64,000 nt of DNA from Podarcis melisellensis (Eukaryota), in assembly GCA_964234715.1 (NCBI GenBank), contig OZ174282.1; one strand, written 5' to 3'. Under the pieces are notes generated by a model. That model searched no databases. It was not told the DNA's origin and was given only the letters and a program-made list of their open reading frames with translations. The translations under genes and the position numbers were made by a program. Each line of letters begins with the position of its first letter. The stretch's first letter is position 1. Shown one piece after another: positions 28,101 through 37,100 of this stretch.

Positions 28101-31100
28101 GCAAACGTGAATCCTCACTGAGCTGGGCTGGCTTTGGACCAGACAGGTCTGCATCTGGCAGTCAGCCTGTCTTCCTTGCTGACTGGGCAACAGGAGAGAG
28201 GGAGACCGAGGCTGCCTTCCTCTCCCCACTTAACCTGGGAGTAAGCCCCATTGAATTCAGGGTGACCTGCATCTGAGTAGTCACAGTTAAGACCACAGCT
28301 TTAGCAACCTCCCACCACTCTTTCTGTTGTCGCAGTTGATTATGGATCATTGTTGATGGGGCTTCAATGTTGAGTCCCTTGGTAGGTTTTAAAACCTTTT
28401 TCTCAGTGATAAAATGTGGCCCGAATTAACCAGACAGCTGAATTTCTAACTTACGGTAAAAGAAGATTTTTTAAAAACAAAAAAACAAAAACACAACTCT
28501 GGGTGACAGACATCCTCCATAGAAGAGAGGTGTTCCCTTTGGTGTGAGAGGGAAGCAGAGATGCCTTTTCCTAAGCAGGGTCTTCCTACTATTTATGCAC
28601 AGGCTCCATATTGGGGGAAAAAACCACATCGCCACCCTCCCTTTCATTTGATATGAAAACAAATGCTGATGTGATCCAGCTAATTAATCATTTAATTAAT
28701 TTCTTACGTGAAAAAAGGCAAGCAGCAAGTGTCAGGAAAGTTACCACAGGGATTGTGGCTTGTGGTGGCCAAGCATTCATGGCTTTTTCATCTTTCAATG
28801 TCTCTCCAGTTTGGGTTATCCTTTTCTGTCTTGTCCTGAAAGGGTTTTCATGGCCGCTCCTGAATTTGCTGGCTTATTAAGCCTGGATTTGATACCTGGT
28901 TGCTGTATCTGTGTGCTGAATCATGCACATTATTTGCATATAATATACATAGACGCATGCTTTGGTTACATTTACAGTGGTACCTCTGGTTACGAACGCT
29001 TCAGGTTACGAGCTCCGCTAACCCAGAAGTAGCTGCTCCTGGTTTATAAATTTGCCCCAGGATGTGAACGGAAATCACAAAGCGGGAGGCCCCATTAGCG
29101 AAAGTGCACCTCAGGATAAGAACGGTTTCAGCTTAAGAACAGACCTCCGGAATGAATTAAGCTTGTAACCAGAGGTACCACTGTATTGTGCTTTTAATTG
29201 GTGTCATGGGTACACTGGTGGTTTTTGTGAAGGAGCTCTAACCTCTGATTGCTAAGTTTGGCTTCTGAGGAGCCTTGAGGACTAGAAACATGATTTTAAA
29301 GAACAGCAAGATTCTCCAGATGCTGACTTCTGCGTGTCAGCAATGCAACCACAAAATGAAAACAACCCATACCCTCTGGGACAGGTCATTTGGCAGAGAA
29401 TGAGACTCTAAATCTCAGGGTTGTGGGTTTGAGCCCCACGATGAGCAAAAAAATCCTGCATTGCAGGGGGTTGGACTAGATGACCCTCGGGGTCCCTTCC
29501 AACTCTGCGATTGTATTCTGTGTTTGTGGCCGTTGGAGTCTCACTAAGGACCTGTTTTTTCCTCCTCAGACTGACTGCTTCAACTACATCCGTTTCCTGC
29601 AGAGTTACAACAGTTCCCACATGTATGCCTGTGGTACTTATGCCTTCCAGCCCAAGTGCGCCTACATTGTGAGTATGGCGGGGAGCAGCTTTTCTGTCCA
29701 TGAATCGTGCTTGGACACGTGGGCTGAGTGCGCTGAATGGGGGCAACTGGCTCAGCCCCCTCTCTTTCTTGGCCTCCTTGCAGAATCTGGCCACCTTCTC
29801 CTTGGACAGGCTCTCCTTTGAAGATGGAAGGGGGAAGTGCCCCTACGACCCCGACAAGGGGCACACGGGCCTCATTGTGGGTAAGTGGCACCCAGGGCTG
29901 CCTGCCTTCTTCAGCCTGAGGAGCAAAGTCCAAAGGGCAGGGTGTCCCACTGGGAGGCGCTCTTTCACAAAGCTCATTCAAATGGATTCTGCAGAAGGAC
30001 TTTGGGGTGCAGTGGGGGGAAGAGCCAGTTTCTGCAAAGCTTTTCTTGCCTGGTCGCCGTGCTCTCCACAGGCAACCAGGCAAGTAACAGCTGGCCGGCC
30101 TGCTCCCTGCCTGCTCCCCCTCCATGCAGCCTGGGCCTCGGGGCTCTTCAAGCCAGCTTAACCCCTTCTCTTCCACCCATTTTAGAGGAAGAGTTGTATT
30201 CGGCAACACTCTACAACTTTCTGGGCACAGAACCTGTGATCCTGCGCAACCTGGGCCCCCAGTATTCTGTCAAGACTGAGCACCTGCCCACATGGCTCAA
30301 TGGTGAGATGCGATGGGAAGCAGGGGGGTGGTTCTCCAGTTGGGCTCTCTGTGCGCATGAGTGCATCATGGCTCCTCCTTACAAATGCATGTTTTCCACG
30401 GTGGGTTCCAGGCAGAGGCTCACAAGTGTGGCAAATGCTGCTTGCCTTGGTTTACTTAGCTTGGAAAAACCAGCACCCTCTGCTTCTGTACTCTGAATGT
30501 GGAATCTTGTCTGAACATAGCTCAATATTGTCTGTGCTAGGCATGGGGGGCCTGAAACCAGCCGTTTCTAAAGCCCGTGTGGTGTAGTGGGTAAAACAGT
30601 GGACTGAGATCTGGGAGACCAGAGTTCAAGGCCCCACTCAGGTGTAAAACTCCCTGAGTTACCTTGGACCGGTCACTGTCACTCAGACTAACCCACCTCA
30701 CAGGGCTGTTGTGAAGATTAAATGGGGAGAGAGGTCCTTGGAGGAAAGGAGGGGTATAACTGTCATTGAAATAAAGTAGGCCAGGATTATATCTGCGCAT
30801 GTGTGTTTGGTGGGGGCTTAGAGGGGATCAGGAAGGATATTTTTGGTTTCAGGACTGGCCGTTCATCTTGCTTCCTTTCCTCCTTTTGTAGAACCCCACT
30901 TTGTGGGCTCGGCCTTCGTCCGGGAGAGCAAAGGCAGCGACAGAGGGGATGACGACAAGGTCTATTTCTTCTTCAGCGAGCGGGCGGTGGAGTACGACTG
31001 TGACATAGACCAAGTTGTGGCCCGGGTAGCCAGAGTCTGCAAGGTAGGCGGCACTTCCAGAGGCGATGGAGAGTTATGGCAGGCTCTGTGTGGCCCAACC

Positions 31101-34100
31101 ACCTCAGAAGACTCCAGCTGGGTCAGAGCCCAAGGCTTGTCTAGTCCAGCAGCCCAAATCAGAGTTAAAAGAAGGATGTATTTTAAAAACCCTACAGAAT
31201 TCTTTTATTGCAATGAAACGATTCTCTTATATACAGACACTCCAATAATAAGTCCTTAATAGGACTTATTCTGATGCAGTATATTTCACCCTCTGGCCAA
31301 CAGCACAGAGGTCTTCATCAGTGACCTGATATAGCATCAAAGGAATGAAATGTGAGAAATCTAAAGAATAAAAAACTTTTAACAAGTCAGCATTTGTAGA
31401 ATAAAAAACAAACATGCGCAAAACAGCAAGAAGCTGATTCTCATACTTTACCTTTGCCTCACTTCTTCCTCTCCAGCTCTTAAAATTTTGCCTGTAAGCT
31501 CCATGAGACAGGGACCTCTCTCCCCCCCCCTTAAATGTTAATTATCTCTGTGCAGGGGGACGTGGGAGGCGCTCGGACTTTGCAGAAGAGGTGGACGACG
31601 TTCCTGAAGGCACGGCTGTTGTGCTCTATTCCGGAGCAACAGCTGCATTTCAATCGGATCCAGGGAACGTACACTCTGAGTGGGGATCATTGGTCTGAAA
31701 CTAGCTTTTTCGGAGTCTTCCAAGCACGCTGGTAAGGCAGCAAATTTTGCTTTCAGATTTGTCCTGTGGGGCTGATGGCCCTCTGCTCTGCAAAGGCTGA
31801 GTGGGTGGGTGGCAGGGCTGCAGGAGTGCAAAAATGTCACAAGGTACGAGGGTGAGAACAGAATTCAGCTTCCTGAGAATCTCTGCTTTCACTTTTTTTA
31901 AAAAAAACAACAAGCAAGCATCTTGTCCTAAGGCCAGAAACCATATTTGTTTCGTATTGATAGATGGACTATTGATACAACTGAATTATTTTAAAAAACT
32001 CAGTTTTTGAAAATGACATTCAGTGAAATTTCCTTAAAACAATATAAAAAGAAATCTATATATTAGAAAGAAAACCATATCCTTTAAAGCACGTGGTCCG
32101 TGCCTATAGAAATCTTGGGAATAGGAGGGGTGATCAGACAAGATTTCCAGGGGAGGCGGGTACAACTTCAGTGTGTTATAGGTCTCTTTTGGGCACACAC
32201 ACTAATTTGCCCACAATGAGCAGGACCTGTGCTAGTCACGCAACATGGGGGAAAGAGCAGCATAAATTGCCTGAATTTACATGATTTATGTTGGATTTTG
32301 TTCCTGGTGTCCCCCCCCCAAAAAAAGACTTCCTTCCAATGCCAAAAGGAAAGATGTGGTTAGAGAGGCTGTCATCCTGATAGTTGGATAACACAGTCAA
32401 TGAAATGGGAATAATTGCAGGAGTCCTGTTCTTTCCCTCAGCCTGTCCTGATATAACAGCAATAAAAACTTCCCAACCTTGATATCTGAAAGGGGAGGTT
32501 GAAATAGTTGATCTTGAATTATTGTTCAATTTACTGGCTGCTGGTAGAATCTGTAACGCAAAGGGCGGGGGGGGGGGGAATGGCACAAATTCTCCACAAT
32601 CGCCGAACGGTTAAGCAAAATATAGGACACTACATGGCTGATTTCTTTTTCTAACTTGTTTTTCTGGAAGCTATTCAAGAAAATAAATATGTTCTTTGAA
32701 AAATGGTCTTTGTTTATTTGGGGAATTACAAATTTCAAGATAAAAAGCAAGCCTAGTGTATGGTTGTTTTTCTGTGTTGTCATATCAGTTTAGGATTTAA
32801 TTATGGCAGTCATATCAAACATATATGTAGTTTTCATTAGAACATATTTTCTTTTATTTGTAAATATTTCTAGTTCAGTACCATTTTTTTGTTTGCAACT
32901 TCTTATGGTTTTTTTGGGGGGGGAGCGAGTAACTATTTAAAATAAAATCTTCCCAATCTTGGTTGCTCTCTATCGCTAAACTTATTCTGCCTCCCTCCCT
33001 TCCTTTCCTGCAGGGGAGATGTGGATGTTTCTGCTGTCTGTCAATACCAGATTCAAGAGGTGCAGAAAGTGTTTGACGGTCCCTACAAGGAGTACAGCGA
33101 GGTAGCTCAGAAGTGGGTTCGGTACTCGGACCAAGTGCCCAGCCCTCGTCCTGGAGCAGTAAGTACTTCTGGGGAGGAGAGTGGGAATCCCGAGTGGCTT
33201 GCCTGCCCCTGAGAGATGGGTGCCCAGCTGCTGCCCCCTTCTGGTCTGTGAGGGCAGACGTGTACCCATCACTCCCTTCCCTCCCAGTTTCCCCTTGGAC
33301 AGATTGGCTCACAATCCCGAGATTGCTTCTCCATATCCAGATTCTTCCGGAGTATCTTTACTTTTTATCACATGTGGTAGATACCGCATGCCACTACACA
33401 TGCCACAGCAACACGGAAAATGTAGGCACACATTTGGAAAATGTGTATATGATGGAGCAACTCAGTGGAAATTTCCCTGGTCTTACACGGAAGACTTGGC
33501 ATGTCCCCAAGCTTATGTGAATCCCCACCCCAGCTGATGTTGTGATTCCTGCATCACAGTGGGTCATACTAGATGACCCATGGGAGCCCTTCCACCTCAG
33601 TGATCCTGGGATGGTTCTGTGATAATGGGCCACAGGGCTTTGTGTCCACCTCTTATCCAGGTCCCCAAGCCCAAGCATGATCGGGCTGACAGTTGAAAGT
33701 ATAGGCAGTTGGGATAGCTCAGTTGGTAGAGCACAAGACTTTAAATCTCAGGCTCGTGGGTTCAAGCCCCACATTGGGCAAGAAACTCCTACATTGCAGG
33801 GGGTTGGGCTAAATGACCCTCGTGGTCATTTCCTTTTTTTTTTAAATAATATTTATTAACAGTTTAAAGACTATAAAAGAAAGAAAAAGAATTCAACAAT
33901 ACAATACAATACAAAAACAAAAACACTACATTACACTAATACTAAAACATTGAATTAACAACACAAAACAAACACAATTTAAAACACATCCAATAATTTC
34001 AGTATCTTATCTTTCATTCACTTGTTTCCACGACCTCCTCACACCTCCCTTTTTGTATTCCACTTCAATTAACTGTTTCAGCAATTCCTTTCCATCTTCC

Positions 34101-37100
34101 TCTGTTTTCTGTCCTGTAATTTATCTTAACTTATTTTAACCTTATTTTTTCCCTTTAATACATTAAAAATCTATTTGTACTTAATTCCTTATAACATTTC
34201 TGCTAAAGCCATATAACTTCATTCCAACATTTTTCTAACATTCATTGATTTTACAGTATTTCTGTAAATAATCTTTAATTTTTTTCCAGTCTTCTTCCAC
34301 CGAGTCCCTCGTGGTCATTTCCAACTCTGCAATCCTATTATTATCTCTCTGGGTGTGTTTTCTCTGGCTGTCTCTCTGTCATAAGTGTCTACTCATCTTG
34401 TGGAAGCTACATTTCCTGGCTTCAAATCCTTGCGTCTTTTCCCATGTGCACATTACTTTTCCAGGTGCCTTCTTATTTAGCCATGAGGAAAGTGTGCTCT
34501 GCACACCCGGAGCAGCCAATATGGTGCTCTTCAGCTGTTGCTGAACTGCAGCTCCCCTCCTGAGTGCGCTGCTTGGGGCTGATAGGAGCTGGAAGGCACT
34601 CCTTCTGTACGCCCTCAGAAGCACTCGTCTTCATGACTGCTTTGCATCCATCACGGCTGGGTCTTGTCAAATTAAAAGCATTTCTGCAGAGCCAAGGCTT
34701 AATCTGTGTCAAAGCATTTCCAGCTCTGAGCTAAGCCCTGCATCTTCCCTTCCTTCCAGTGCATCACCAACTCCCTGGAGCTGCCTGACAACACGCTCAA
34801 CTTTGCAAAGAAGCACCCATTGATGGATAAGGTGGTCCCTCCCCAAGGCAGCCGGCCTTTGCTGGTCAAGAAGGAGGCCAACTTCACCCAGCTGGTGGTG
34901 GAGCGGGTTCATGGCTTGGATGGCAAACCGTATGAATTGCTGTACATTGGCACAGGTATGGGATTCTAAGGCCCAGAGCACTCTTTGCATGTAGAAGGTT
35001 CCAGTTTAACCTCTGGCACATCAAATACAAGGGTCTTGGTTAGTGAAGGATGGCAAAGCTTCTCTGCAGGAGGTCTTGAAGTGTTGCTGCCTGCCGGAGT
35101 AGACCAGGGATAGGGAACCTGTGGCCCTCAAGATGATGGACTACCAACTCTCATGCCCCCCCTCGCCAATGACCATGTTGGCTGAGGCTGTTGGGAGTTG
35201 GAGTCCAGCCACACCTGGAAGACCACAGGCTGCCCATCCCTGGTGTACTTGCTCCACAAACTGAAACTTCACTGCCAGGCAGAGAAGATTGTGTAGGGGG
35301 TCTGGCTCTGTATGTCCAGTTGCAGCACCTCTGTGGATAGACAGAGTTAGTGCTGCAACCTGTTCCTGGGTTTGGGGGATGGAAATCCCACATGAGCCCC
35401 GCTCTTGAGTCAGATGAGAACAACATAATTCCCGTTTTGATGCTGGGGCGGTTCTTGGAAGGAGTGGCCTGAGGAAGGACTGTAGCTTAATGGTAGGCAC
35501 CTGCCTTGCATGTAGAAGGTCCCGGGATCAACCTCTGACATCTCCAGGAAGGCCTAGGAAAGATTCCTGACCTGGAATCCCAGAGAGCTGCTGACCGGCA
35601 GTGTCGGCTAGGTGGACCTACTGGCCTCCCTCAAGGCAGCTTCCTAGGTTCCTATTATATGGTAGCTGGCAGAGGCAGTGGTCCCTAGGGCAGCTCTGGT
35701 GGTCCAGAGAGCGCCTTCCTGTGATGCTTCTTTGCCATGACCTCCCTCTCTTGAATTTTCTGAAGATAATGGTTGGCTGCACAAGGCCGTGGTCTTGCCA
35801 TCGGGTGTCCACCTGATCGAAGAGCTGCAGATCTTTGAGCATGCCCAGCCTGTCAAGAGCCTAGTGTTGTCCCTGCAGAAGGTAAGAAATGTCCCTGCAT
35901 GGGCTGGGGTTGGAAACACGGGGGGGTGGCAGCAGGCAGGATTCCTTTCCTTGTGGAGTCGCAAGGCATGTCCCCGATCACACCACATGATGGGCAGTGC
36001 TGAGGTGTAGGCCCCCCCCCAAAAGCCTTGCTCAGAAGAGATTCTACAAGTTAAGACCACTTGCTTTTGCTTTGGCTAATTCTACTTTCAGGATTCAGAC
36101 ATCAAAGGTTAGCGACTGGGTCTTTTTTGATGAGGGATTGGTGGAATTGTAGTGTTTTGGAGGTGAGAGAATAGTGGGATGTGCTGGTCAGGAGATGAGG
36201 GCAGTGCAGCCAAACTGAGCACGACAGGATTGGGGTCAGCCACTGTGTACTTTGGGGTTTGCTAAGATTTCATTAGAAAATGCCTGCATGGTTCTCTGCA
36301 ACCATAAGGACTAGAAACCTGGACAAATGTATGTAAACTTAGATCCACAACATCCCACATTTGGCAGGAGATGTTTGTGCCTCTGCAGCAAGAGCATGCA
36401 ATAGAGCAACCCAGGGAATGAGGCAGCACTGACTTTTTCAGTGGTATCTGAAGATTAAGGTGGGAGCAAAGTGGTGTGACTCTAGATGCTGCTCCAGTAT
36501 TGATATTCTTCCCTCTCACCCCAGAGGGTGCTGTTTGTTGGCTCCAACTCCCAAGTTATCCAGCTTCCTGTGGCCGACTGCAGCAAGTATCACAGCTGTT
36601 CTGACTGCATCCTCGCTAAGGACCCGTACTGTGCCTGGACGTGGAATGGGAGTCGCTGTGTTCGCATAGATGCCTACGATGGGTAAGAGGCACATCTTGG
36701 AAAGTGGCAAAAGAGGGAGTGACAAGGAAGGGAAATGTGGAGAGCAGTTGTCTGTTTGTGTTCGCCCTGAGACATCAACTCTCAGGAATCTTGTTCAGTT
36801 ACTCTTCTGTGTCCAGACCTTTGCTGAACGCTCTTAAGTAGCTTCAACCACCAGGCCTAGAAACTCCTGCACTTTCTGAGGGTCAGAACTCTATGCCTGC
36901 ACAAAAAGAACTTACAGGCATGCAGAATACACTCAACTCTGGTTTTATGGTCCTGTTGCCTTTTATTTAAATAATTTATATCCTGTTTTTCACACATGTC
37001 TCAAAGTGGCTTACAAAAAACAGACAATTGACAAATCTTAAAACAAAGGTGACCACCAGCTTTTCCTTGGTATTGTGGTGCTGCTCCTTAGCTTTGTTCC

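Noticed and set aside
33708-33780. tRNA-Lys-like sequence (also at about 29395 and 38030)
   Set aside because: The acceptor stem and anticodon arm are degraded and each copy continues into the same CR1-type tail, so these are SINE heads, not tRNA genes.
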